DNA of 64,000 bases from Squalus acanthias. Taxonomy: Eukaryota. Each line of letters begins with the position of its first letter. Within the stretch, counting starts at the first letter, position 1. A program made the translations under genes and the position numbers. This document shows, piece by piece, positions 37,521 to 50,844 of this stretch. The stretch is from contig JASTWF010000362.1 in assembly GCA_030390025.1 (NCBI GenBank), forward strand, positions 62,001-126,000. The letters are read 5' to 3'. Under the pieces are notes generated by a model. It searched no databases. It had not been told where the DNA came from and saw only the letters and a list, made by a program, of their open reading frames with translations.

Positions 37521-37907
37521 GACTCCTCAAAGCTCTGTCTGTAAACCCAGCTTTACTCCTCATCACTAACCCATCCAACATCGCCGGTGGCCATGTAGCC
37601 TGCGCAGCGCACAAAGACATCCCAGTGTTTACTTGTTTCACAGCAGTCACACAAAAAGCATTTCTCTCTGTATCCTAGGGTTTAAATTGCAGATTATGTG
37701 AATATTTTCAGTAGCACTGCATTTAACCACACAAAAATATAACACATGGTAAAGAGAAGCAGAAGGCTTACTCTGGTTATTCTTCCCACCCTGGAGTTTG
37801 AGGGGGAAATGGTAACAATTTTACTGGGAAAGAAGTTGGGGAGAAGTGAGCAAGGGATGAGGAATTCTGTGACCCCTGAACAGCCTCTGTTGTAATATCA
37901 GGAGAAA

Positions 37908-38200
37908 GGAACATAAGAACATAAGAAATAGGAGCAGGAGTCGGCCATTCGGCCCCTCGAGCCTGCTCCGCCATTCAATGAGAACATGGCTGATCTTCTA
38001 CCTCAACTCCACTTTCCCACACTATCCCCATATCCCTTGATTCCCTCAATATTGAAAAATCTATCGATCTCCGCCTTGAATATATTCAACGACTGAGCCT
38101 CCACAGCCCTCTGGGGTAGAGAATTCCAAAGATTCACCACCCTCTGAGCGAAGAAATTTCTCCTCATCTCAGCCCTAAATGGCCGACCCCTTATTCTGAG
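37908..38200 (-). mobile_element. CR1 LINE 3' fragment
   Basis: aacataagaacataag tail and ORF2 end. Confidence 0.88.
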
Positions 38201-38301
38201 AATAGAAGGATATGTTGATGGGATGAGATGAAGTAGGGACGGGAAGAGGCTCATGTGGAGCAAAAACTCAATGCAAGCACTCCTGATGAGCTATGCTGTC
38301 C

Positions 38302-38532
38302 CAGGGTTGCCAACCCTCCAGGATTGTCCTGGAGCCCTCCCCCACCCCCCAACCAATCTCCAATATTTTTATAACTAATAAACAAAAGTCATCAAAGAGA
38401 ATGAAAAAGATCCACAATTTTTTTAAATGTCTCGATGATTTTTCTCCCTGGGTTTTTTGCTGGTGGCAGTGCCCTGGAGATTAATCCTCAATTCCTGGAG
38501 ACTCCAGGGGCAATCCTGGCAGGTTGGCAACA
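38302..38532. mobile_element. hAT-like MITE (CAGGGTTGCCAAC family)
   Basis: Inverted ends gggttgccaaccctccaggattg / caatcctggcaggttggcaac. Confidence 0.75.
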
Positions 38533-38933
38533 ACTCTCCACGGCCATCAAGCTGTAACTAGGACACCCCCGGGGAAAACGCATTGACAACAGTCCAGTGT
38601 GTTGGCAGATTGCTGTTAGTTTAATTATTGATTGCAGATCATCGCTCCTTGTCTAATAACGATTCGAAAGACAATGAACAGCTGTCGACTTTTAAGACAA
38701 TTCCGCCTTTTTTTTCTTCCAGTTCTGAACTGGCCGGGTTGAAAAATTCTCCAAAATTTAAACAAGTCCTGGTACGTATGACAGAATTCAACAATTCCAG
38801 GCTCCGCACTGACAAATGCTTTCAGCCAGTCAGCATCCTTTATAAGTGAAGGAAATCTTTACTTTAGGGGAGCAGGCTTTCGCTTTGACTAGGCCCAGAG
38901 AAGGTTTGTCATTAAAAACATGGGAGAGTATTC

Positions 38934-39349
38934 GGGGTTGCCAACATTGCTTGGACGTATTCCTACAGGTTCCGTCACATGACCTCCCGCGTTCAACTGC
39001 CCCGCCCGGTAAAACAGCCTTTCCCCCTCTCTCTAATATTTTCATAACTAATAATAAATGAAAGTGTTCAAAGAAACTGAAAAAAACTCAATGATTTTAA
39101 TGTCCCTATGATTTTTTTCCACTCGAGTTTGGCTCACGGGAGATTCATCTTCAATTCCTGGAGACTCCAGGCCAATCCTGGAGGGTTGGCGACCAATGTT
39201 CCCTTATAGCTGGACCTCCTGCGCCGCCGGCTCGCTGGCTTTTCAATGCGAAAGACCGCGCACGCGCGATGTGTTGAATGGGCCGCGCAGCCCCTTAAAG
39301 GGGCCGTGCACCCAAAAAATAATTACCGGGAACATTGTTGGCAGCCCTG
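38934..39349. mobile_element. hAT-like MITE with a CAATGTTCCC-family MITE (39194-39337) nested in its right TIR
   Basis: gagggttggcgac[caatgttccc...gggaacattg]ttggcagccctg. Confidence 0.75.
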
Positions 39350-39569
39350 GGGGGTATGGAATGAGAAATGGCCATTTGGTCCATTAATTCCCTCACTTGC
39401 ACAAACCATGTCCCACCTACCCTGTCATGGCCTCCTACCCCATCCCAATGATGCACTGAAGGAAAGTGCTACATAAACAGTTGAGTACTGATGTATTCCT
39501 CCCTTGTTGGATGCAGGGAACTTTGTTTTTTTCATAATGAAGAAACCTTCATTCTAGGGGCCCACCAAA

Positions 39570-40035
39570 AGAGAGACTTGCATTTATACGGCGCTTTTCA
39601 CAACCTCGGGACGTCCCAAAGCGCTTTACAGCCAATGAAGTACTTTTTGAAGTGTAGTCACTGTTGTAATGTAGGAAACGCAGCAGCCAATTTGCACACA
39701 GCAAGCTCCCACAAACAGCAATGTGATAATGACCAGATAATCTGTTTTAGTGATGTTGATTGAGGGATAAATATTGGCCCCAGGACACCGAGGATAACTC
39801 CCCTGCTCTTCTTCGAAATAGTGGCCCTGGGATCTTTTACGTCCACCTGAGAGAACAGATGGGGCCTCGGTTTAACGTCTCATCCGAAAGACGGCACCTC
39901 CGACAATGCAGCACTCCCTCAGTACTGCACTGGGAGTGTCAGCCTAGATTTTTGTGCTCAAGTCCCTGTGTGGGACTTGAACCCACAACCTTCTGACTCA
40001 GAGCAAGAGTGCTACCCACCTAGCCACAGCTGACA
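39570..40035 (-). mobile_element. Deu-SINE, full length
   Basis: Reverse complement of the SINE at 3770-4240. Confidence 0.88.
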
Positions 40036-41194
40036 CATGCCAAGCCCATTCATAAACATCGTGGCTGCCTAAACGTCCATAGGCCGCAGCTATCCATGAC
40101 CTTGAACCTTACGGTTCAATGCTGGCAGTGGTGAGTGGAATCTGAGGCTGCCTGGCAGTGCCCAGCAGTTCCTGATTCCTTACACAGGCGCGATAGGGTT
40201 ACCTCGACCCAATGCCAGCGCAGCGCTTGATCACGTGATTACACCAGAAGACCACCAGATCAGAAAGTGGTTCTTTTCTTCTAACTTTTTGATATTTCCA
40301 GCTTCCTCTGCTTCGGGCTCATGATGGGGTTCAATTCCACAGGATCCGCCTGCCTCCTCAACGGGTGAGCCCTGACAGCGTGTGTCGGCCATTCAACCAA
40401 GAGGGGCATCGCGCCTAAAACCAATCCTGTTCTCCTCTGATCTTTCTCACACACACACACACCCACACATTTCCCAGCAGGCGTCACTGGATAGCAACCA
40501 TGAGTAGGAATCCTGGCTGATTTCCACCCACACCTGCCCCCCGCTGCCCACCACCCCCCCAGCCCCGCGCCCCACTCCTGTGCTGATCCCGAGGAGTTGG
40601 TTTGGAGAATTCCAGCCTTACCACTGCTACAGCTAACTGTATTCAGACTGGGGATCAGACGCGGCACTTTCCTGATCTCTGGGGCTCATAAGCCCCTCGA
40701 GCCTGCTCCGCCATTCAATAAGATCAGGGCTGATCTTCAACCTCAACTCCACTTTCCCGCCCGATCCCCATATCCCTTGATTCCCCGAGGGTCCAAAAAT
40801 CCATCGATCTCAGCCTTGAATATACTCAACGATTCAGCATCCGCAGCCCTCTGGGGTAGGGAGTTCCATAGGCTTGGATCACGCTGGACAGTGTATTGAC
40901 CTGTTCAGGTGACAGTGGACCCACATTGGGACCATTCAGTTGATGTTGTGGAACATGCGGTCAGTCAACCTCTTGAATCAGCCGATGGATTTTGAAAGCC
41001 TGGATTTCCCTCTCAGCGCGAAGCTTGTGTGGTGTTGAACGTGGGCAGCACCAAGAACAGTAATTTCTCTCCCTGTCCCTAATGCAGGCACTGACACTAG
41101 AGCCAGAAGGGGACAGAATAGGATAAAGGGGTGAGAGCATCTCATCACTTGAATCTTTTCTCCCTTATGTTTTCTTTGACGACACCCCCGAAAC

Positions 41195-41492
41195 CCACAA
41201 TCTCTTCCACCTAGAAGGACAAGGGCAGCAGGCGCATGGGAACACCACCACCTCCAAGTTCCCCTCCAAGTCACACACCATCCCGACTTGGAAATATATC
41301 GCCGATCCTTCATCGTCGCTGAGTCAAAATCCTGGAACTCCCTCCCTAACAGCACTGTGGGTGCACCTTCACCACACGGACTGCAGCGGTTCAAGAAGGT
41401 GGCTCACCACCACCTTCAGGGGCAATGAGGGATGGGCAATAAATGCTGGCATTGCCAGCGACGCCCACATCTCAGGAACGAATGGAAAAAAA
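41195..41492 (+). mobile_element. LINE 3' end (second CR1-group family)
   Basis: Same as 11600-11858. Confidence 0.8.
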
Positions 41493-41630
41493 AGTGTTTG
41501 AAAGGAAACAATACAGGTGATGATTTAAATATTCTGCCAGGTGCAGTCAGTAATGGGAAACAGATTTACTAACTGCAGTATCCTTGAATCTCCACAAAGG
41601 GCAAACTCCAGGCCCATATTATTTACACAA

Positions 41631-41636
41631 TTTATT
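41631..41636 (-). promoter_or_regulatory. PRRT1B: Candidate proximal PRRT1B polyadenylation signal
   Basis: AATAAA on the - strand about 90 nt past the stop codon. Confidence 0.4.
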
Positions 41637-41724
41637 CACAAGGCACCGGGAGTTTACCCGATGGGACGCCGCACTATCCTGGGGCCCGGCAGGAATGGAT
41701 CGGCGCGTCGACTGCGACTCCGCG

Positions 41725-41949
<225 letters not shown>

Positions 41950-42056
41950 TCAAATACACGGCTACCATCAACATCAGGCACTAGATGGTGATTGTAGAAC
42001 TTGGTGTAGGTTAAGAGTGTTCGAAACTTTAAGGGGTGATGAATGAATTTTTGGGT

Positions 42057-42290
42057 AGTTCCAGTCCAGTTCCGAGCTCTTATTCCAGTCCAGTCCCGAG
42101 CTCTTATTCCAGTCCAGTTCCAGTCCAGTTCCGAGCTCTTATTCCAGTCCGGTTCCAGTCCAGTTCTGAGCTCTTATTCCAGTCCGGTTCCAGTCCAGTT
42201 CCAAGCTCATATTCCAGTCCAGTTCCGAGCTCATATTCCAGTCCGGTTCCAGTCCAGTTCCGAGCTCTTATTCCAGTCCAGTTCCCGTCC
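42057..42290. repeat. Minisatellite of ccagtccagttccgagctcttatt units (24/35 bp)
   Basis: Directly visible in the sequence. Confidence 0.9.
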
Positions 42291-42729
42291 CTGAGCTAAC
42301 TCAGGTTGGAATGTGCTGCTCTAAGTATTCTACGATCTCAGTCAGGCCGCTGGATTGGGTGTGAGGGCCAGGGAGGGGGATGGAGTCAGTAGCGAGGGGA
42401 CAGAGTTTATGACGGGGGCCAAAGACAATGACTTTGGTCTTCCCAGTGTTTAGCTGAGAGAAGTTATGCCTCATTCAAGACTGAATCTGCTGCCAAAGAA
42501 GTCTCCATTGTCCTATTTGATTGAACCTGTAACAATGTTAACAACAATATTCAAGGAGAGAAAAAATGGTATCATCAACCCTGCCACCTTAGCTGAATTA
42601 GTGTAAAAATAAAAGACAAAGTCTAATGGTATTTGTCTACAGGTTTGCCCATCAGTATCTATATGCAGCTGCACCCAACTGTTCCAATTCAAACCAAACA
42701 CACTGTGTGAGACGGTCACAGCGCTCGGA

Positions 42730-43520
42730 CAACAACTTGCATTTATATCGCGCCTTTAACCTGGAAAAACTTCCCAAGGAGCTTCACAGAGGCGTGAGGA
42801 CAAATGGATACTGAGCCAGAGAAGGAGAGATTCGGAGGAGTGACCAAAAGCTTGGTCAAAGAGGTGGGTATTGAAGATGGTCTAAAAGGAAGGGAGAGGG
42901 TAGAGAGGCGAAGGGGTTTACGGAGTGTGGGAGCTAGGCAGCTGTAAGCACAGCCACCGATGGTAAAGCTAAAGGCACAAGGGGCCAGAGTCAGAGGAAC
43001 AAAGAGATCTCGGAGGGTTGTAGGGTTGGAAGAGGTTACAGAGGTCAGAAGGGAAGAGGGCCATTGGAGGGATCTTAAATAAAAGGATGAGAATTTTAAA
43101 GTTGAGGCACTGGAGGAGCGGGTGGCAATGTAGGTCAGCAAGGTCAGGATGATTGGTGAGTAGAACTCGGTGTGGAATAGGATACAGGCAGCAGAGTTTT
43201 GGATGAGGTTACTGGAGGGAGGAGGATGGGTGGTTGGCCAAGAGAGCATTGGATACTCAAACTTGGAAGGTTCAAAGGGTTAGACAAGGGTCTCAGTGGC
43301 AGACGGCTTAGGTGGGGATGGAGGCAGAAGATATTATGGAGGTAGAACCAGGCAGTCTTTGTATTGGAGAGGCTATGGGTTGGAATCTCAGCTCGGGATT
43401 GAGCAGGATGTTGAGCTTACAAACGGTTTGGTTCAGCCTGAGATTGTGGTCAGGGAGGGGTTGGAGTGGGTGGCGAGGGTGCAGAGTTTATGGCGGGGGC
43501 CGAAGACAATGTCTTCCCAA
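42730..43520 (-). mobile_element. L2-like LINE 3' portion, decayed
   Basis: LIQNSAACIL-type peptide; ends with aggcgcgatataaatgcaagttgttg. Confidence 0.8.
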
Positions 43521-44220
43521 TGTTCATAGAATCATAAAAAGTTACAGCACGGAAGGAGGCCATTTTGGCCCATCGTGTCCGCGCCGGCCAACAAAGAGCT
43601 ATCCAGCCTAATCCCACTTCCCAGCTCTTGGTCCGTAGCCCTGCAGGTTAGAGCATCCCAAGTGCACATCCAAGCACTTTTTAAATGTGGTTAGGGTTCC
43701 TGCCTCTACCACCCTTTCAGGCAGTGCGTTCCAGACCCCCACAACCCTCTGGGTGAAGAGATTTCCCCTCAAATCCCCTCTAAACCTTCCACCAATTACT
43801 TTAAATCTGTGCCCCCTGGTTTTTGACCCCTCTGCTAAGGGAAATAGGTCCTTTCTATCCACTTTATCTAGGCCCCTCATAATTTTATACACCTCAATAA
43901 GATCTCCCCTCAGCCTCCTCTGTTCCAAGGAAAACAACCCCAGCCTATCCAGGCTTTCCTCATAGCTAAAATTCTCTACTCCCGGCAACATCCTTGTAAA
44001 TCTCCTGTGTACCCTCTCTGCAATCACATCTTTCCTGTAATGTGGTGACCAGAACTGCACGCAGTACTCTAGCTGAGGCCTAACTCGTGTTTTATACAGT
44101 TGAAGCATAACCCCCCTGCTCTTGTATTCTATGATGCGGAGATGCCGGTGTTGGACTGGGGTGGACAAAAATGAGAAGTCGCACAACACCAGGTTATAGT
44201 CCAACAGTTTTATTTGAAAT

Positions 44221-44255
44221 TACGAGCTTTCGGAGTGCTGCTCCTTCGTCAGGTA
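44221..44255 (-). ncRNA. Minimal hammerhead ribozyme motif
   Basis: UAC-CUGACGA-A-GGAG(CAGCA)CUCC-GAAA-GC-UC^GUA. Confidence 0.78.
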
Positions 44256-44266
44256 CACTGTACCTC

Positions 44267-44301
44267 TACCTGACGAAGGAGCAGCGCTCCGAAAGCTCAT
44301 A
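44267..44301 (+). ncRNA. Minimal hammerhead ribozyme motif (stem I weakened by a CpG transition)
   Basis: UAC-CUGACGA-A-GGAGC(AGC)GCUCC-GAAA-GC-UC^AUA. Confidence 0.72.
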
Positions 44302-44609
44302 ATTTCAAATAAAACTGTTGGACTATAACCTGGTGTTGTGCGACTTCTCATTCTTGTATTCTATGCCACGGCTAATAAAGGCAAGCATTCCATATGCCTT
44401 CTTAACGTTGAACTGAAGGAAGTTATGTCTCATTCATGAGCGGATGAGCCGTTTGACAGCACAGAAACAGTGGAGGGTCGAGAGATGTGGTGGAGCAACA
44501 GAGCAGGTAGAACATTGGCTTCCATGTGGAAGCTAGCAGCATGGCTTCAGATGATGATGACAATACAATCAAATATAGGATGTTTGTCAGCAGTAACCGC
44601 ATGGCCCTA

Positions 44610-45275
<666 letters not shown>

Positions 45276-45954
45276 TCTATTGAGCCCAACTGCCAAACTG
45301 GAACTCAATCCCGTGTTAAGCTGTGGTTGAAGATACTAACGGAACAATACACAGACTGTGCCACTTAATTAGGCTATTGCCGAGATCAGGTGAGTTTTAT
45401 TTCTGTGACGCACATTATCTTGCCAGGCAAGTCACTGGATGTCAGAATTTTGTGTCCATCATGCTTGTGTTAGTGAAGCATAGGTTAGTGAAGTTAAAGT
45501 TTGCTCTTAAATATTCCTTTATATTCAAGCACAAGAGATTAGGGTAGATGTGGATAGGTTACATCCTCCAAGCCCCTCAGAGTCTCGTCCGGGTGAACTT
45601 TACTGGCTTAAAGCATGTTGGCTGTGGTTGGTTTGAGTGGAGACACAGGACTAGGTCACATTACCGGGTCTAGGGTAGAGCGATCAAAGGGAGAAGTTTC
45701 AGTTAATCATTACGCCAGTGCTGTAACTTAAGCCTCCTGTCTTTAGCTCAGGCTCTGCTGATAAGATCAGAGCTGGACAACCCACTTGCACTGAACTCTC
45801 AGCAGGGTCATGTGGTGTGGATGACGAGCTTCACACACACACACGCACCATGTTCAGTTGTTGCGCTTGCATCATTAAACAAGCAACAAGTAATTTATGA
45901 TGTTGAGCTGGTCCTACCATCAAAAAAAAATGCAAAGTTGCCTCGATATTCTTC

Positions 45955-46342
45955 CTTTTTATTCATTCACGGGATGTGGACATCGCTGGCAAAGCCAGCA
46001 TTTATTGCCCATCCCTAATTGCCCTTGGGAACATGGTGGTGAGCACAACTGAGTGACTTGCTGGGCCATTTCAGAGGGCAGTTAAAAGTCAACCACATTG
46101 CTGTGGGTCTGGAGTCACATATAGGCCAGACCAGGTAAGGATGGCAGATTTCCTTCCCTAAAGGACATTAGTGAACTAGATGGGTTTTTCCAACAATCTG
46201 GTAGTCACCATTATTGATACTAGCATTTTTTCCCCCCAGATTTATATAATTAACTGAATTTAAATTGGCTGCCGTGGTGGGATTTGAACTTGTGTCCATC
46301 CAGATCATTAGTCCAGGCACATAACCACTATGCTACTGTTCC
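45955..46342 (-). mobile_element. tRNA-derived SINE sharing its 3' tail with the second LINE family
   Basis: Head gtagcatagtggtta and ttcaaatccca; same family as 53285-53781. Confidence 0.7.
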
Positions 46343-46479
46343 CTTATCACATTGAACCTGTTTAAGGAGATGCTAACATGAATGGGGAATTAAATTTGAA
46401 GACCTGGAGATTAAATTTTAGACCAATTTCATGCCTTTATCACCAAATTTGTACTATCAACATTATATTCAGGGCAAAG

Positions 46480-46590
46480 AGCTGAAACGTTAACTCTGTT
46501 TCTCTCTCCACTGATGCTGCCTGACCTGCTGAGTGTTTCCAGCATTTTCTGTTTCTATTTCAGGTGTCCAGCATCCGCAGTTTTTTATTT
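46480..46590 (+). mobile_element. Penelope-type terminal repeat fragment (family B); only the GAAACGUUAAC half of the hammerhead remains
   Basis: Matches 54335-54435. Confidence 0.65.
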
Positions 46591-47524
46591 AAGTATTTGT
46601 GAAGTGTAGTCACTTAAAATGGAGAGGAATGCAGCCACCAAATTGCGCACAGCAAGGTCCCAGCAATGAGATAACTGACCAGATAATCTGCTTGTCTGGT
46701 AGCATTGATTGAGAGATAATTGGCAAAGGAACCAGAGGGAAGATGAAGAGATATTTTATTATACGGCGAGTTGTTGTGATCTGGAACGCGCTGCCTGAAA
46801 GGGCGGTGGAAGCAGATTCAATAGTAACTTTCAAAAGGGAATCGGAGAAATACTTGAAAAGGAAAGATTTGCAGGGCTGTGGGGAAAGAGCGAGGGGAGT
46901 GGGACTTGTGTGGAGCATAAACACCGGCATTGACCTGTTCAGCCGAATGGTCTGTTTCTGTGCTGCAAATAATATGTAATATGTCATTTCGGGACAGTCG
47001 GGAGTATTTACAGATTAATCTGTTTCACAGGCCATTTTTAAACTAGGTAGACCGTAAATAGAAAGCAACAAGACTTCATCATAACGTTGAACATTTATAG
47101 GCTCCAACACTGATTTGTAAGGTGAGAGAGAGACTGATGGGAAAAAAATCAGACCAAATTAAATTGAAACATTTCCCCTTTTTTTTCCTTATAATTTTCT
47201 TCTACTTTCTTCTCCCTCCCCGTGTGGATCTATTGTTTTTATCAGGAGGACAAAATGAATCCAATTTCTGGACATCTCCCACTTGCATCGACAATACCAC
47301 TGGTTGATGTGTCGGACTCCCTCCTTCCTCACACTGCCTCGTAAACCAAGCGAGACTGACTTGGTGGAAATGTCACAGAACCAGAACTTAGGTCTCCTGA
47401 CTGAAGTCCATTGCTCTAACGTCATACCCTCCAAGTCTCTTACATGTGAACTTTACTGGCTTTAAAGCAAGATGTTTTCTCGGGTGTTGGCTATGGTGTG
47501 TTTGGGGGAGAAACACAAGACTAG

Positions 47525-48370
47525 AAGAAAGACTTGCATTTATTTACCGCCTTGCATGACCTCAGGACGTCCCAAAGCGCTTCACAGCCAATTAAGTATT
47601 TTTTGAAGTGTAGTCACTGTTGTAATGTAGGAAACGCAGCAGCCAATTTGCGCACAGCAAGCTCCCACAAACAGCAATGTGATAATGAGCAGATAATTTG
47701 TTTTAGTGATAAATATTGGCCAGGACACCGAGGATAACTCCCCTGCTGTTCTTCAAAATAGTGGCCGTGGGATCTTTTACGTCCACCTGAGAGAGCAGAC
47801 GGGGCCTCGGTTTACCGTCTCATCCTAAAGACGGCAACTCCGACAGTGCGGCGCTCCCTCAGCACTGCCCCTCCGACAGTGCGGCACTCCCTCAGTACTG
47901 CCCCTCCGACAGTGCGGCGCTCCCTCAGCACTGCCCCTCCGACAGTGCAGCGCTCCCTCAGTACTGCCCCTCCGACAGTGCGGCGCTCCCTCAGTACCGC
48001 CCCTCTGACAGTGTAGCACTCCCTCAGTGCTGCCCCTCCGACAGTGCAGCGCTCCCTCAGTACCGCCCCTCTGACAGTGTAGCACTCCCTCAGTGCTGCC
48101 CCTCCGACAGTGCGGCGCTCCCTCAGTACTGCCCCTCCGACAGTGCGGCGCTCCCTCAGTACTGCCCCTCCAACAGTGCGGCGCTCCCTCAGTACTGCCC
48201 CTCCGACAGTGCGGCGCTCCCTCAGTACTGCCCCTCCGACAGTGCGGCGCTCCCTCAGTACTGCCCCTCCGACAGTGCGGCGCTCCCTCAGTACTGCCCC
48301 TCCGACAGTGCGGCGCTCCCTCAGTACCACACTGGGAGTGTCAGCCTGGATTATGACTGAGCCACAGCAG
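47525..48370 (-). mobile_element. Deu-SINE with an internal 33-bp expansion (47833-48327, about 15 units)
   Basis: Same structure as the other expanded Deu-SINE copies. Confidence 0.88.
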
Positions 48371-49139
48371 ACACCTATACTGTTATAACTTGATGGGCTG
48401 AATGGCCACCCTCTATGCTGTATCATTCTATGATTTTATGATCTCTTTTTATATTTCCTCGTTGCTCAAGAGTTCTACAAACACGGGTAACAAGGAAAGG
48501 TCTCGTGTTATTTTAGAGTCTTATTTATAACTCTGCCTGAAGGGGTAAGTATTACAAACTGGAATACACAGCCTTCAGCTGGCTGCAGTTTGTGTTACTG
48601 GGTCTGTCATTGGAGAAAGCAGTGTTACAGAATTACTGTCACTGACCCCCAGCACACAATGGCTCGGTGAGTCCATCCAGTCAATAGCTGAGTCAGACAG
48701 CACGGGACGCTCTCACGTTCGATCCCGGTCTGTGCTGAGTTAGCAGATCTCAGCCAAGGCTGGACGAATGCAAAGGATGTGAAAGGACAATTCTAACCTC
48801 AATAAAAGAAAGAACTTGCATTTCTATAGCGCCTTTCATGACCTCAGGACCTCCCAAAACACTTCACAGCCAATGAAGTACTTTTTGGCGTGTAGTCACT
48901 GGTGTAATGTAGAAAACGCAGCAGCCAATTTACACACAGCAAGATCCCACAAACTACAATGTGATAATGACCGGATCATCGTCTTTAGGTGTTGGTTGAG
49001 AGATTGAATCTGGCCAATAGAGAACCCTCCTGCTCTTCTTCCAAATAGTAGCCACGGGATCTGTGAGCAAGGTCTCTTAACGACCCAATGATGTGAAAAT
49101 GCTGCTCCCTGATTGGTCAGAACTTATCAATGATGTAAT

Positions 49140-49565
49140 AAGAACATAAGAATTAGGAGTAGGAGTAAGTCACAGGGCCCCTTAATATCCAAAAATCTAT
49201 CGACCTCAGCCTTGAATATACTCAACGACTCAGCATCCACAGCTCTCTGGGGCTGAGAATTCCAAAGATTCACAACCCTCTGCATGAAGAAATTCCTCCT
49301 CATCTCCGTCTTAAATGGCTGACCCCTTATGCTGAGACTCTGCCCCCTACTTCTAGACCCTCCAGCCAAGGGAAACAATCTACCCTGTCAATCCCACTCA
49401 GAATCTTATATGTTTCAATGAGATCACCTCTCATTCTTCTAAACTCCAGAGAGTATCGGCCCAATCTACTCAATCTTTCCTCATAGGACAACCCTCACAT
49501 CCCAGAGATAAATCTAGTGAACCTTTATTGGACCGCCTCTAAGGCAGGTATACCCCTCCTTAGAG
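49140..49565 (-). mobile_element. CR1 LINE 3' fragment
   Basis: EMRRNFFMQRVVNLWNS peptide. Confidence 0.88.
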
Positions 49566-49787
49566 CATATATTAACCAGTTTTCTGAAACAAGCAATTTC
49601 TAGAAATTGGATGTTAGTCCCTTTGGGTACCGTAGCTTTGACAGTTTAGTTCAGGGCTTGTTTAGTCATTCTCATATTGGATTAATGCTACTTTGGAATA
49701 GGTGGCTTCAACTCAAATAACTGAAGATCATTTTAATTCAGATAACCACAATTGATAGGTAGACTTAAAAGCTCAGACACTACTTAC

Positions 49788-50239
49788 AATTGAGAATGGA
49801 TAAGATGCAGGAAGAGCTTGCTGGTTCTGATAGAAGACTTGATCCTGTGCTCCTGGCTGGTACATAACAGGTAATTGTCCCGCAAAAGAGGTCCCATAGG
49901 AAGGGTAGAGTAGATGAATGGTCTTTGGATCTGGTGGTGAATATGGAGGAGGCTCTCCCACATAGGCTCTGTTTATACATCCCAGTCTGTTCACGGCTTG
50001 TTCCACCTCACTTGCACCTTTTGGTTGAGCAGTACAGTCGACAACTCGATGGTGTCCCCCAGTGCTTTCTGTAGAGTTAGTTCCATAGCCCTGGGTGCTA
50101 GGAGGCTCCTCACTGAGTTCAATAGAAGGGGTAAACAATGTCACAACCCCTGTCTGTCCTGCGGTCTCTGTTCCCTCTCTGTTCTGATTGTCTCTCGATT
50201 CCTCCTGTACTTGGGCTCCATTTTCTCTCTCTGCTGTGT
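49788..50239 (-). CDS. PRRT1B: PRRT1B large N-terminal exon (DTAEREN...GEPPPYSPPDPKTIHLLYP...YPFSI)
   Basis: ttccttcag acceptor (phase 1) and gtaagt donor (phase 0); 452 nt open; GEPPPY.PPDPK...LLYP matches recalled human PRRT1B. Confidence 0.92.
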
Positions 50240-50279
50240 CTGAAGGAACCCAAAATATGAAAAAGAGTGAAAGCACAAA

Positions 50280-50552
50280 GAAATAGGAGCAGGAGTCGGC
50301 CATTCGGCCCCTCGAGCCTGCTCCGCCATTCAATAAGATCATGGCTGATCTTCGACCTCAACTCCACTTTCCCGCCCAATCCCCATATCCAAAAATCTAT
50401 CGATCTCAGTCTTGAATATACTCAACGACTGAGCATCCACAGCCTTCTGGGGTAAGAGAATTCCAAACCCTCTGAGTGTAGAAATTTATCCTCATCTCAG
50501 TCCTAAATGGCTGACCCCTTATCCTGAGACTGTGACCCCTGGTTCTGGACTC
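50280..50552 (-). mobile_element. CR1 LINE 3' fragment abutting the PRRT1B acceptor
   Basis: CR1 tail sequence about 40 nt upstream of the 3' splice site. Confidence 0.85.
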
Positions 50553-50844
50553 TGCACTCTCAACACTGCAGCGCTCCCTCAGTGCTGCACTGTGAGTGTC
50601 AGCCTAGATGTTTGTGCTCGAGTCTCTGGAATGGGACTTGAACCCACAACCTTCTGACTCCGAAGCGAGCGAGAGTGCTGCCCACTGAGCCACAGCTGAT
50701 TTAATAAGTTGAGTCAAATCATCAACACCATCACCATCAACTTCATCTCCTGCCTTTAATGGAGGGAAACACCCCGAGGTGGTCACACCACCATCAGACA
50801 GAGCTTATCCTTGAGGTGACATTTTTTTTAATATGCAAACTTAC

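Larger units (their letters stand above)
44131..44351. mobile_element. Second Penelope-like fold-back element: 40-bp tail, 85-bp arms, 11-bp spacer
   Basis: Tail 44131-44170 is identical to that of copy 1; arms 44171-44255 and 44267-44351; TSD tcttgtattct(atg) at 44120 and 44352. Confidence 0.85.
43525..44405 (-). mobile_element. CR1 LINE 3' portion hosting the fold-back element at 44131-44351
   Basis: IEYKSRGVMLQLYKTRVRPQLEYCVQFW... Confidence 0.93.
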
